Part shown: piece by piece, positions 38,274 to 48,163 of the stretch
Layout: the number at the start of each line of letters is the position of its first letter
Numbering within the stretch: position 1 is the stretch's first letter
Assembly: GCA_015494465.1 (NCBI GenBank)
Contig: WGBD01000004.1
Coordinates: 4,627 to 68,626, forward strand
DNA: 64,000 nt
Direction of reading: 5' to 3'
Source: Candidatus Omnitrophota bacterium
Lineage (GTDB): Bacteria > Omnitrophota > Gorgyraeia > S143-82
The notes under the pieces: model-generated
Databases searched by the model: none
What the model saw: the letters and a program-made list of their open reading frames with translations, nothing else
Told to the model about the DNA's origin: nothing
Made by a program: the position numbers and the translations under genes

Positions 38274-39817
38274 TGTGGTGGATATACGAGTTTTGTCTTA
38301 AGCACATGGGCAGGGCCCCGCGCCTTTTCCACCTGGTAGGTGGGTTGCTGGGGCGAGTGAAGTACTTCTTCTGGCCACCAGATATAGCTAGGATCGTAAG
38401 GAACATCCGCATCGTTACCCGCAGACGGATCCCTAGGATCCTCGCCTTCTTTAAGGGATCTTCGGTGTTGGCAAATTTCGTTCACTATTGGCTGGATGTA
38501 GTCTACTACGGCCACCTCGCTCCAGAAAGGGTAGAGGGTGCTATGTCGGTGATGGGAGAGGAGCACCTGCGTTCTGCCTTGGATAAGGGCAGGGGGTGTA
38601 TCACTGCGACTGCCCACCTGGGCAACTGGGAGGTTGCGGGATTTTGGCTGGGGCGAAAGGGGTATCCCATACACGCGGTGGCCTTGCCCCACAAGGACCA
38701 GCGCATAAACGAATTCTTCGACTCCGCTCGAATGCGCCACGGGGTCTCGGTTATACCCACAGGCAGGACCACTCGGGCGCTAGGGGTGTTGAAGTCTGGG
38801 GAGATCTTGGCCATCTTGGGGGATTGGGACTTTACCGGTGGCAAGGCGGTAGTTGAGGTGGAGTTCTTTGGACGCCGGTTCCTGTTCCCCTCGGGTATTG
38901 GGGTCTTTGCAACCAGGTTTGGTGTGCCGGTGGTACCTGTATTCTGCCTCCGTCGGGGCGATAGATACGAGTTGAAGATGTTCCCTTACATAGACCCCGA
39001 AGGGAAGACCCCTGCCGAAGTCGTTCAAGAGTACGCCCGGAGTCTGGAGGAGGTGTTGGAGAGAGACTATTCGCAGTGGTACATGTTTGGACCCATCCGA
39101 TATGCCAAGGAGCACATCGATCTGGACAAAGTGTGCGTGGTCATGCCTGCCTACAACGAGGAGAAGCACATAGGTCAGTTATTGGATCAGCTTAGGGATA
39201 AGGGGTTGCATGTGATCGTAGTGGACGACGGATCCCACGATCGCACCTCAGAAGTCGCTCAGGGCTATCCATTCGTTGCGGTGGAGAGGCTATCCTGCAA
39301 TGAGGGCAAGGGGGTGGCGATAAAGGAAGGACTTGCCCAGGCCAAACAGCGGGGTTACGAGTGGGCGGTCCTGATGGACGCAGACGGACAGCACCTCCCA
39401 AGCGACCTGGATAAGTTCCTATCCGCAGTACACAGCGGTGTGGGGATGGTCTGCGGGAACAGGATGTGGGATCCCAAAGGGATGCCGTTCATACGGAGGT
39501 TTACCAATCGCCTGATGTCTTTTATAATATCCGCCTATACCTGGGACTGGATACCCGATACCCAATGCGGGTACAGGTTGATCAGGCTGTCTGCCATCGA
39601 TCCTGAGGAATTGACGAGCGATAAGTACGAGGTCGAAACCGATCTGATATTGCGGGTTCGGGAGCGGGGTTGGGACATCGTTTCCGTACCCATCCAGAGC
39701 GTGTACCACGATACCGCGGTGAGCTACATCAATCCGGTTAGGGATACCTTGCGCTTTGTCTGGTTTATGTTGACGGACGCGGTGCGGAAGCTTGCCCGTT
39801 CGGTAAGGAGGCAATAG
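38270..39817 (+). CDS. Fusion of an LpxL/PatA-type acyltransferase and a GT2 glycosyltransferase
   Basis: N-half: TAHLGNWE, GD, EFFG, QWYMF. C-half: VVMPAYNE, VDDGSHD, MDADGQH, DTQCGYR. Confidence 0.85.
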   Translation: MMWWIYEFCLKHMGRAPRLFHLVGGLLGRVKYFFWPPDIARIVRNIRIVTRRRIPRILAFFKGSSVLANFVHYWLDVVYYGHLAPERVEGAMSVMGEEHLRSALDKGRGCITATAHLGNWEVAGFWLGRKGYPIHAVALPHKDQRINEFFDSARMRHGVSVIPTGRTTRALGVLKSGEILAILGDWDFTGGKAVVEVEFFGRRFLFPSGIGVFATRFGVPVVPVFCLRRGDRYELKMFPYIDPEGKTPAEVVQEYARSLEEVLERDYSQWYMFGPIRYAKEHIDLDKVCVVMPAYNEEKHIGQLLDQLRDKGLHVIVVDDGSHDRTSEVAQGYPFVAVERLSCNEGKGVAIKEGLAQAKQRGYEWAVLMDADGQHLPSDLDKFLSAVHSGVGMVCGNRMWDPKGMPFIRRFTNRLMSFIISAYTWDWIPDTQCGYRLIRLSAIDPEELTSDKYEVETDLILRVRERGWDIVSVPIQSVYHDTAVSYINPVRDTLRFVWFMLTDAVRKLARSVRRQ

Positions 39818-40959
39818 TGGGATTTTTGTTGAACCTTCTGGTCTTTCTGGTGTGTCTTGGGATCCTCATCTTCGTGCACGAGCTTGGGCACTTCTTAGTG
39901 GCAAGGCTCTTTGGAGTTAGGATCAATCGATTCTCCATAGGTTTTGGTAAACCGATACTTCGGCTTGGGCGGGATAAGAAGGGTACGGAGTACATCATAT
40001 CCTTGGTTCCTCTAGGGGGATATGTGGAGATGGAGGGGGAGAACATCGACGAATGCAAGGGTTCCCCAGAGGAGTTTATGAGCAAACCCGCTTGGCAGAG
40101 GATCCTCATAGTCTTGGCAGGGCCTGCGATCAACTACCTCCTGGGATTCTTGCTGTTCGTCTTAGTCTATTCCATCGGTGCTCCCGAGCTCGTACCGGTG
40201 GTGGGCGATACCCTTGAAGGCTTTCCGGCAGAAAAGGCGGGTATGTCCCGAGGTGATAGGATAGTAGCGGTGGACGGGATAAGGGTCGACTTGTGGGATG
40301 AGATGGCCAAGATCGTCCATCAGAAAGCGGGTGAGGAGGTGACCATAGAACTGATAAGGGACGGCAAACGGATGCAGGTAAAGTTGGCCCCCAAGACCGA
40401 AACTATAAAGACCATATTTGGTGAGAAGAAGCAGGTCGGTCTTATAGGTGTGATCCCCGACCCCTCGGCTTATACCGAGGTAAGGTTTCCCCTACCAAGG
40501 GCCATCGTTAAGGCCTGGGAGAAGGTCTGGAACTTGACCTCTATGATAGTAAAGTCATTGGTCTTGCTGTTAGAGGGCAACAAGCAGGTGCGGGAAGCGG
40601 TAAGCGGACCGATAGGTATCTACAAGGTCACTACCGAGGCATGGCACATGGGGATGGCGGTTTTGCTTTCGGTGTTGGCAGTTTTGAGCGTGAGCTTGGC
40701 GGTGTTTAACCTCTTGCCTCTGCCTTTGCTCGACGGGGGACACATATTCCTCTTCGCGATAGAGGCCCTCTTGGGTAGGGCCCTGCCCGTCTGGGTCTAC
40801 GAGATGAGCTTCAAGGTAGGTATAGTGATAATAGGCTTGATCATGGCCTTCGTATTTTACAACGACATAAAGAGGTTGGTGCGGGAGGCCAAGCAGGGCA
40901 AGCAGGTGGTCAATGAGGTGGTGAATCGGGATGCGTCAATCGAGGAGGATATACCTTAA
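39817..40959 (+). CDS. rseP: RIP metalloprotease RseP
   Basis: HELGH, PLGGYV, AGP, PDZ domain, NLLPLPLLDGG. Confidence 0.95.
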   Translation: MGFLLNLLVFLVCLGILIFVHELGHFLVARLFGVRINRFSIGFGKPILRLGRDKKGTEYIISLVPLGGYVEMEGENIDECKGSPEEFMSKPAWQRILIVLAGPAINYLLGFLLFVLVYSIGAPELVPVVGDTLEGFPAEKAGMSRGDRIVAVDGIRVDLWDEMAKIVHQKAGEEVTIELIRDGKRMQVKLAPKTETIKTIFGEKKQVGLIGVIPDPSAYTEVRFPLPRAIVKAWEKVWNLTSMIVKSLVLLLEGNKQVREAVSGPIGIYKVTTEAWHMGMAVLLSVLAVLSVSLAVFNLLPLPLLDGGHIFLFAIEALLGRALPVWVYEMSFKVGIVIIGLIMAFVFYNDIKRLVREAKQGKQVVNEVVNRDASIEEDIP

Positions 40960-42016
40960 GGACCTGCCCATAGGTGGTGGGGCCCCCATCTCTATACAGA
41001 CCATGACCAAGGTCCCCACCTACGACTTTCAGGCATTGATCTCGGAAGTGGAGACCCTTATCTCAGCTGGGGCAGATGTAATCAGGGTGGCGGTGAAGTT
41101 TCCCGGGGATGTGGAGTCACTGCGGAGGCTGTTGAAGAGCTTCCCCGAGGGCAGGTTCGTCGCGGACATCCACTTCAACCACAAGCTGGCTGTGGAGGTA
41201 ATAAGGCTCGGGGTGGCAGGGGTGCGCCTTAATCCGGGGAACATATCTGATCCCGTAAAGATAAAAGAGATCTTGAAGGCGAAAGACGATTACAATCCCG
41301 ATTTGGTCATAAGGATTGGAGTGAATTCTGGATCCATCCCTGAGGACCTGCGTGCTAAGCCTCTCCCTGAGGCGATGGTGGAGTCCGCCTTGAGGTACAT
41401 ATCTATCTTGGAGGATCGCCACTTCTTCAACCTCAAGGTCTCGTTGAAGGCCTCGGATGTACCTGCCACGGTGATGGCCAATAGGTTATTCCGGGAACGC
41501 AGTGATTATCCCCTGCATCTGGGAGTTACTGCTACCGGGGATTATCTTTCAGGGATCGTCAAGTCGAGTCTGGGTATAGGAGCCTTGCTCCTCGACGGAA
41601 TAGGTGACACCATGAGGGTGTCTTTGACCGCACCTTCCATCGAAGAGGTGAGGATTGGGAAAAAGATACTGTCCGCCTTGAACCTGGGTGGCGAGGTGAA
41701 CATAATATCCTGTCCTACCTGCGGGAGGTGCTTCGTGGACATAAAGCCTTTGGTGGAGGAGTTGCGTAGGATCGTGGATTCGGATCCGAAGAGGTTTTCG
41801 GGGATAAGGAAGTTGGCGATTATGGGCTGTGAGGTCAACGGCCCGGGGGAAGCAGGCGATGCAGATGTGGGCGTAGCTTGTGGAAAGGGCTGGGCCTTGA
41901 TATTCTCCAGGGGGAAGGTCCTGCGCAGGGTGAGATCTGATGATATAATAAATGCCTTGATCGAGGAGGTGGATCGACTGTCTAGGAGGGGAGATGGAGC
42001 TTCTAGAATCGGTTAA
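40931..42016 (+). CDS. ispG: (E)-4-hydroxy-3-methylbut-2-enyl-diphosphate synthase
   Basis: ADIHF, RLNPGN, RIGVNSGS, GIGDTMRVSL, CPTCGR, GCEVNGPGE. Confidence 0.96.
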   Translation: MRQSRRIYLKDLPIGGGAPISIQTMTKVPTYDFQALISEVETLISAGADVIRVAVKFPGDVESLRRLLKSFPEGRFVADIHFNHKLAVEVIRLGVAGVRLNPGNISDPVKIKEILKAKDDYNPDLVIRIGVNSGSIPEDLRAKPLPEAMVESALRYISILEDRHFFNLKVSLKASDVPATVMANRLFRERSDYPLHLGVTATGDYLSGIVKSSLGIGALLLDGIGDTMRVSLTAPSIEEVRIGKKILSALNLGGEVNIISCPTCGRCFVDIKPLVEELRRIVDSDPKRFSGIRKLAIMGCEVNGPGEAGDADVGVACGKGWALIFSRGKVLRRVRSDDIINALIEEVDRLSRRGDGASRIG

Positions 42017-43247
42017 ACAGAGACTATTTTCTCAGGTGGATGTTTTGGATCCCGCGCTCAACGAAGAGGATGTGAAGGATCGGGTCCTGGCAATCATCTC
42101 GGATATAGAGCGCAAGAAGAAGGAGCAGTTTCCACCCGAGACGATAGAGCAGGTTCTCAGGGCTATACTAGACGAACTCTTCGGATATAGCGTCCTTACG
42201 CCCTTGATAACCGATCCTACCATCACCGAGATAATGATCAATGGACCATTTCAGGTCTATGTGGAAGTCAACGGAAAGAAGCGTTTGAGCAATGTGAGAT
42301 TCTCCTCGCATCAGCACCTCATGAGGGTGCTGGAGAAGATGCTACATCACTCCTTCCGCAGGGTCGACGAGTCGAACCCCTACACGGATTTTTCCCTTCC
42401 GGACGGTTCAAGGGTAAATGTGATAATACCTCCCGTATCCCTTACCGGTCCGGTGATCACTATCAGGAAGTTCCTCAGGACCTTTAACTCCATTGACGAC
42501 CTGGTCCAGGCAGGCTCCCTTACTCGAGAGATGGGTGAGTTTCTGGTCTCTGCCATTAGGTCTCGGCTGAACATAATATTTTCTGGGGCCACTGGCGCAG
42601 GTAAAACCACGACCTTGAGCGTCTTGCTCCACTACCTGGATCCAGACGAGAGGTTGGTGGTGATAGAGGATACCGCGGAGCTGATAATAGAACACCCCCA
42701 TGTGGTGCGCCTGGAGGCGAGGTATTCCAACATAGAAGGCAGAGGGGAAGTGTCTATACGAGACCTCTTCAGGAATTCCCTGCGCATGAGGCCGGACAGG
42801 ATAGTGATCGGTGAGGTCAGGGGAGAGGAGAGCCTGGACATGCTCCAGGCAATCATCAGTGGGCACAAGGGTTCCTTGGCGGTCTTGCACGCGGACAACC
42901 CAACCGATGCAGTAGCCCGCTTGGAGACGATGGTGACCATCTACAACGAGAAGATCCCGTTGTGGTTGGTCCAGAAGCAAATAGCCCAAGGAATAGATCT
43001 GATAGTTCAGCAGGAGCGGATGAAGGACGGGGTAAGGAGGATAACCTACATAACCGAGGTGATAGGCTCTGACGGCAGCGATGTGCTCCTGCAGGACATC
43101 TTCCGATTTGAGCAGGTGGGAATAAGTGCAGACGGTAAGGTCGAGGGGCGTTGGGTGAAGCTGAACCAGGAACCCAAGGTCGTGGGCAAGATGCGAAAGA
43201 TGGGCGTGGAGGTAAAGAGAGAGTGGTTCTACGATGATTCCAACTAA
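41994..43247 (+). CDS. CpaF/TadA family pilus/secretion ATPase
   Basis: EIMING, GATGAGKTT, IEDTAEL, LRMRPDRIVIGEVRG, GH. Confidence 0.92.
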   Translation: MELLESVKQRLFSQVDVLDPALNEEDVKDRVLAIISDIERKKKEQFPPETIEQVLRAILDELFGYSVLTPLITDPTITEIMINGPFQVYVEVNGKKRLSNVRFSSHQHLMRVLEKMLHHSFRRVDESNPYTDFSLPDGSRVNVIIPPVSLTGPVITIRKFLRTFNSIDDLVQAGSLTREMGEFLVSAIRSRLNIIFSGATGAGKTTTLSVLLHYLDPDERLVVIEDTAELIIEHPHVVRLEARYSNIEGRGEVSIRDLFRNSLRMRPDRIVIGEVRGEESLDMLQAIISGHKGSLAVLHADNPTDAVARLETMVTIYNEKIPLWLVQKQIAQGIDLIVQQERMKDGVRRITYITEVIGSDGSDVLLQDIFRFEQVGISADGKVEGRWVKLNQEPKVVGKMRKMGVEVKREWFYDDSN

Positions 43248-43692
43248 TGTGCTCGAGGACATACGCAGGATAGTAGAGTCTGCGGGAGTGGACATAGTAG
43301 AGGAGAATGTCAGTTTCTTGAACGGGGTCCTGAATCTAAAACTGTTAGTGGACTTTCCTTCGGGTGGTATCGACATAGGGACCTGTTCGCGGATTAATGC
43401 CCAGATAGTGGACTACCTGGAACGATTGCAAGACCTGATACCCGATTATTCGGTGGAGGTCTCCTCTCCTGGGCTGGATAGGAAGCTGAAGACCTTCGAG
43501 GACTTCAGACGGGTGAAGAACTACACAGTCGAGGTGCTCCTATCCAATAAGGTAGCAGGCAAGGGGCAATGGAAGGGCCTCTTGGAGGAAGTCGGTGAGG
43601 ATCACATTACCTTGAGGGTGCCTAAAGGCAAGGGATTTATGTGGGTGGAGATACCTTATAAAGACATCCAACAGGGCAGGGTCGTGCTATGA
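43234..43692 (+). CDS. rimP: Ribosome maturation factor RimP
   Basis: GIDIGTC and YSVEVSSPGLDRKL. Confidence 0.9.
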   Translation: MIPTNVLEDIRRIVESAGVDIVEENVSFLNGVLNLKLLVDFPSGGIDIGTCSRINAQIVDYLERLQDLIPDYSVEVSSPGLDRKLKTFEDFRRVKNYTVEVLLSNKVAGKGQWKGLLEEVGEDHITLRVPKGKGFMWVEIPYKDIQQGRVVL

Positions 43693-43898
43693 GCCGTCTC
43701 TTTTTCTTCTTGGCGGGTTTGTTTTTCGTTCTCGGTCTAATACTCCTGTTAGGTGAACGAGTTGGAGTGAAGTTGTTTCAGCTCCCAGGAGACATCGTGA
43801 TCAAAAAGGAGAACTTCGTCTTCTATTTCCCGATAACCACTTCCGTATTGCTTAGCGTTTTGCTAACCCTTGTAATGTGGATACTGAGTAGGAAATGA
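43689..43898 (+). CDS. Small membrane protein, DUF2905-like
   Basis: LPGDIVI...FYFPITTS between two TMs. Confidence 0.85.
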   Translation: MSRLFFFLAGLFFVLGLILLLGERVGVKLFQLPGDIVIKKENFVFYFPITTSVLLSVLLTLVMWILSRK

Positions 43899-44941
43899 GG
43901 GCCTTTCTCGTTTGGTGGCTAGGGGTGCTTCTGTGTGCAGTGGGAGTCCCCTCGTGGGCAAAGACCGTAAGGGTCTTGATATACCAGGGGAAGGTGGGTT
44001 GCATTTACGCGAAAGGTACTGGGATATTGCACCTGGAGCAGGCGAGGTCAAGGAGGGTCGTATCGGGAAAAGACGGGATCGTGTTCGTCGATAACAGACC
44101 CTATCGGGGCGAGATAGAGGTGCTGCCCGTGGAGGAAGGGGTAGCGTTGGTGAACCTGGTAGATCTAGAGGATTATCTCAAAGGGGTGCTTTACAATGAG
44201 GTCTCCCATTATTGGCCTATAGAGGCCCTGAAGGCCCAGGCGGTGGTGGCGCGGAGTTATGCCCTGTACAGGATAGAGAACCCGCAGGGTGGGTTCTACG
44301 ACCTCACTGCTGGAGAGGATTCCCAGGTCTATCGAGGGGTAAATGCGGAGAGGTATCGTCTCAATCTGGCAATAGAATCCACTCGAGGGGAGGTCTTGAC
44401 CTACGAAGGGAGGATATTACCTGCTTTTTATCATTCCTGCTGTGGGGGGAAGACCGAGCCTGCTTCCGAGTTGTGGGAAGGGCTTTCAGATATCCTCCCG
44501 ATCAACCAATCAGTAGAAGACCCCTATTGCGAGATATCCCCTCACTTCCGTTGGCAGTTCACCATTGCCTCTTCAGAGCTGATTGCCGAACTCTCGGATC
44601 TGGGGCTGAAAGGCGAACTCGTGCGCGAGTTAACCATCTGCAAGAGGACCGCCTCTGGTCGGGCCAAGGTAGTGCACATCTGTACGGAAGGTGGTTGTTG
44701 GGATTTATCGGGAAAGGATCTGCGCCAGAGGATCGGATCGAGTAGGATCAAGAGCCTCTTTTTTCGGCCGGCTGTCGTTCTCAACGGTATGGCGGTGGAT
44801 TTCCAGGGCAAGGGGTGGGGACACGGGGTTGGGATGTGCCAGTGGGGAGCCTATGCCATGGCCCTTCAGGGGAAAAATTACAAAGAGATATTGAGCTTCT
44901 ACTACCCCGGAGCAGAGTTAGTCAAGATGGAGGGGGATTAG
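43895..44941 (+). CDS. SpoIID/LytB domain lytic transglycosylase
   Basis: YRG, LEDYLKGV..E, EALKAQAVVARSY, QVY, HSCCGG, GWGHGVGMCQWGA. Confidence 0.92.
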   Translation: MRAFLVWWLGVLLCAVGVPSWAKTVRVLIYQGKVGCIYAKGTGILHLEQARSRRVVSGKDGIVFVDNRPYRGEIEVLPVEEGVALVNLVDLEDYLKGVLYNEVSHYWPIEALKAQAVVARSYALYRIENPQGGFYDLTAGEDSQVYRGVNAERYRLNLAIESTRGEVLTYEGRILPAFYHSCCGGKTEPASELWEGLSDILPINQSVEDPYCEISPHFRWQFTIASSELIAELSDLGLKGELVRELTICKRTASGRAKVVHICTEGGCWDLSGKDLRQRIGSSRIKSLFFRPAVVLNGMAVDFQGKGWGHGVGMCQWGAYAMALQGKNYKEILSFYYPGAELVKMEGD

Positions 44942-44942
44942 G

Positions 44943-45614
44943 GTGCATGTGGCCATCATAATGGACGGCAATGGTCGCTGGGCCCAGGCCAGGGGATTGC
45001 CTCGGATAGAAGGGCATAGGCAGGGGCTCAAACGGGTGGAGGAACTGCTGAGGTATGCACCGGATAAGGGCGTTAAGTACCTCACCCTGTACGCCTTCTC
45101 CACCGAGAACTGGAGGCGTCCCAAGGCAGAACGGGAGTTTCTCTTTTCCATGTTCGAGAGGTACCTAAAAGATAGGTGGGAGGGGCTTGCGGAACGGGGT
45201 GTTAGGTTAAAGGTCATAGGTTCGAGGCAAGGTCTACCTGCATCCTTGGTTGAGTTGATAGAGGACACGGAACGAAAGTTGTCCGGTGGAGATAGTCTGT
45301 TCCTCCAGATAGCCTTCAATTACGGGGGCAGGGATGAGATCGTCAGGGCTATAAGGGACCTGCACGAGAAAGGGCTTTGTCAGGATGTCGACGAGAAAAT
45401 CTTTGCCGAATATCTCTATACCGCTGGTATCCCTGACCCCGATCTCATGATAAGGACCTCTGGGGAGAAGCGAATAAGCAACTTTTTGCTCTGGCAGTTG
45501 GCCTATACCGAGTTATACTTTACCGATGTCCTGTGGCCAGACTTTGACGAGGCAGAGTTTGAAAAGGCCCTTGCTGATTACTCCAAGAGGAGGAGGCGGT
45601 TTGGTGGGATCTGA
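44943..45614 (+). CDS. uppS: Undecaprenyl diphosphate synthase
   Basis: HVAIIMDGNGRWA, YAFSTENW, NYGGR, IRTSGE.RISNFLLWQ. Confidence 0.97.
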   Translation: MHVAIIMDGNGRWAQARGLPRIEGHRQGLKRVEELLRYAPDKGVKYLTLYAFSTENWRRPKAEREFLFSMFERYLKDRWEGLAERGVRLKVIGSRQGLPASLVELIEDTERKLSGGDSLFLQIAFNYGGRDEIVRAIRDLHEKGLCQDVDEKIFAEYLYTAGIPDPDLMIRTSGEKRISNFLLWQLAYTELYFTDVLWPDFDEAEFEKALADYSKRRRRFGGI

Positions 45615-46413
45615 GTTGAAAAAACGCACGATCATAAGCCTGCTCTGGTTCTCGATTATAGTGTTGTTCATCTCCGTGAAGTGGGTCTTCTTGTTGGTAA
45701 TAACCCTTTTGTCCGTCCTTGGCACCCACGAGTTTTATCGAATGGTGGAAAACAAGGGTATTTATCCATTTTACTACATGGGTCTGTCGGTATCTGCTTT
45801 CATTCCTCTATCGGTCTATTACGGTTTTGAGCTCAATAGGGATTGGCAGTTGTTCTTGGTGATAGCGGGGCTCATCACCTTATTTTTGCTCCAGATAAGG
45901 AGGAGGGAGAACGAGGGTGCTACTGCTGGGATCGCGGTGTCCATTTTCGGGATATTCTACATCTCGTGGACCCTGTCTTTTCTATTGCGGCTGAGGTTGT
46001 TAGAGCACGGGATCCTCTTGTCCGCGATGACGATATTCGCCACTAAGGTATCCGACATAATGGCCTACATCGTGGGGACCTCATTTGGCCGGAGGCCTTT
46101 TATGCCCCGAGTAAGCCCCAAGAAGACCTGGGAGGGATTTTGGGCCGGATTGTTGTCGGCAATTATAGTTACCGAGTGTTTCGCCTTCTTTATCCCGTTC
46201 ATCGGCCCCTACTCTGCCCTGGTGTTGGGGGTGCTGATGGGTGTCTTTGGCCAGCTGGGTGACATATCCGAATCTCTTATAAAGCGTGACTGTCAGGTAA
46301 AGGATTCAGGCACCCTCTTCCCTGGGATGGGTGGGGTGCTGGATGTCGTAGATAGCCTTCTCTTCACCTCGCCAATAGTGTACTTTTATGTGACGCGTAT
46401 GATCGGGATATGA
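45604..46413 (+). CDS. cdsA: Phosphatidate cytidylyltransferase
   Basis: Multi-TM; SDIMAY, SPKKTWEG, GDISESLIKR, KDSG, GGVLD; GTG 45604 follows AGGAGG. Confidence 0.93.
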   Translation: MGSELKKRTIISLLWFSIIVLFISVKWVFLLVITLLSVLGTHEFYRMVENKGIYPFYYMGLSVSAFIPLSVYYGFELNRDWQLFLVIAGLITLFLLQIRRRENEGATAGIAVSIFGIFYISWTLSFLLRLRLLEHGILLSAMTIFATKVSDIMAYIVGTSFGRRPFMPRVSPKKTWEGFWAGLLSAIIVTECFAFFIPFIGPYSALVLGVLMGVFGQLGDISESLIKRDCQVKDSGTLFPGMGGVLDVVDSLLFTSPIVYFYVTRMIGI

Positions 46414-47537
46414 AAAAGAGGATCGCTATACTCGGGGCCAGCGGATCCATCGGCACATCTGCCTTGTGGGTGGTGGAGAAGTTTTCCGATCGCCTGGAGT
46501 TGGTTGGCGTATCAGTGCACAGGAACCTACACTGCGCCCAGGAGATCGTCCGTCGTTTTCCCTCCTGTGAATGGGTGGTAGTTACGGGATTGGAGGGAAA
46601 AGAGGCGATACGGGACGGGGTGAGATTCTTGTACGGGAGGCAGTGGGTTGGAACCCTGATTCGGGAGACGGGGGTGGATACGGTAGTCTTTGGTCTGCCT
46701 TCGGGAGAGGTAGTGGACCTCTTTCTTGATCTGGTAGAATCTGGAGTAAAGATCGCCATGGCCAACAAGGAAGCACTGGTCGTCACCTGTGATCTGATAA
46801 GGCCTGCCGTAGCCAAAAACGTATTGCCCATAGACAGTGAGCAATCCGCCTTGTGGCAGTTACTGGAGGGGAAGCTGGATAGGGTGAAGAGGGTGATATT
46901 GACCTGCTCGGGAGGTCCATTCCGAGGGAAAAAGAGGGAGGAACTCCGGGATGTGGATGCCTCTTCTGCCTTATCCCATCCCCGGTGGAACATGGGGCCA
47001 AAGGTGAGCCTGGATTCCGCCACCCTCATGAACAAGGCCTTGGAGGTTATAGAAGCGGTGGCCTTGTTTGATCTGGATCCAACACAGATAGAGGTGCTCG
47101 TGCATCCCCAAGCCGAAGTGCACGGGATCGTGGAGATGGTGGACGGGGCCCTATTTTTGCAAGCCGGTATTACCGACATGCGCCTGCCGATCCAGTACGC
47201 CCTCTCCTGGCCGGAGAGGTGGGACAACGACGCCCTGAGCTTCCCTATCCATGAGAGGATCGTCTGGGACTTTCATCCAGTGGATCACGAGACCTTTACC
47301 TCCTTGAAAACCGGTAGGTTGGCATTAGAAAAGGGTGGATCGACGCTGGTGGTCTTTAATACCGCCAACGATCTTTTGGGTAGGATGTTTCTTGAAGGGG
47401 ATGTCAGCTTCCTGGATATAATGGATATTACCCACAGGTTAGTAGAGGAACACGAGCCCTGGCAGATAACTTCGCTTGAGGACATCGAAAGGGCAAGGAG
47501 ATGGGCAGAGGAGAGGTTGTCAACTTTGCTAGGTTAA
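46410..47537 (+). CDS. dxr: 1-deoxy-D-xylulose 5-phosphate reductoisomerase
   Basis: LGASGSIG, ANKE, PIDSE, SGGPF, HPRWNMG, NKALE, DMRLPI. Confidence 0.95.
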   Translation: MKKRIAILGASGSIGTSALWVVEKFSDRLELVGVSVHRNLHCAQEIVRRFPSCEWVVVTGLEGKEAIRDGVRFLYGRQWVGTLIRETGVDTVVFGLPSGEVVDLFLDLVESGVKIAMANKEALVVTCDLIRPAVAKNVLPIDSEQSALWQLLEGKLDRVKRVILTCSGGPFRGKKREELRDVDASSALSHPRWNMGPKVSLDSATLMNKALEVIEAVALFDLDPTQIEVLVHPQAEVHGIVEMVDGALFLQAGITDMRLPIQYALSWPERWDNDALSFPIHERIVWDFHPVDHETFTSLKTGRLALEKGGSTLVVFNTANDLLGRMFLEGDVSFLDIMDITHRLVEEHEPWQITSLEDIERARRWAEERLSTLLG

Positions 47538-48163
47538 GGGAGAAGATGGTCCAGGAACAGCTCCTGGAGAGAGGGATAAGGGATTCTAGAGTGATAGGCG
47601 CATTTCTCAAGGTTCCTCGGGAGAAGTTCGTTCCCAAGAAGATGCAGGTGTACGCCTACGAGGACGGGCCGTTGTCCATAGGATACGGGCAGACGATATC
47701 CCAGCCTTACATGGTTGCGTTGATGACTGAGTTGTTGGGTCTGGACAAAAGGGACAAGGTCTTGGAGATAGGAACTGGCTCCGGTTATCAGACCGCCATC
47801 CTCGCTGAGCTCGCGGGTGAGGTCTATTCGGTGGAACGCATACCTGAGCTGGCCGAGCGGGCCCAGGAGGTATTGCAGGACCTCGGATACGCAAACGTTA
47901 AGATTAGGGTCGGCGACGGGACCTTGGGCTGGGATACCTACGCCCCCTACGATAGGATAATCGTCACCGCAGGCGCCCCAAAGGTGCCTTTGCCCTTGAT
48001 CGAACAGTTGGCCCCTGGAGGTCGCATGGTGATCCCAGTGGGACCGAGGTACCACCAGGTCTTGAAGGTCTTGGAAAAGACCTCAGATGGCGAGGTAGTG
48101 GAAAAGGAGGATATCCCGTGCGTATTCGTGCCTTTGATTGGTGCAGAGGGTTGGCAGGAGTAG
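47501..48163 (+). CDS. pcm: Protein-L-isoaspartate O-methyltransferase
   Basis: VPREKF, GQTISQPY, LEIGTGSGY, APYDRIIVTAG; start may be 47546. Confidence 0.95.
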   Translation: MGRGEVVNFARLREKMVQEQLLERGIRDSRVIGAFLKVPREKFVPKKMQVYAYEDGPLSIGYGQTISQPYMVALMTELLGLDKRDKVLEIGTGSGYQTAILAELAGEVYSVERIPELAERAQEVLQDLGYANVKIRVGDGTLGWDTYAPYDRIIVTAGAPKVPLPLIEQLAPGGRMVIPVGPRYHQVLKVLEKTSDGEVVEKEDIPCVFVPLIGAEGWQE

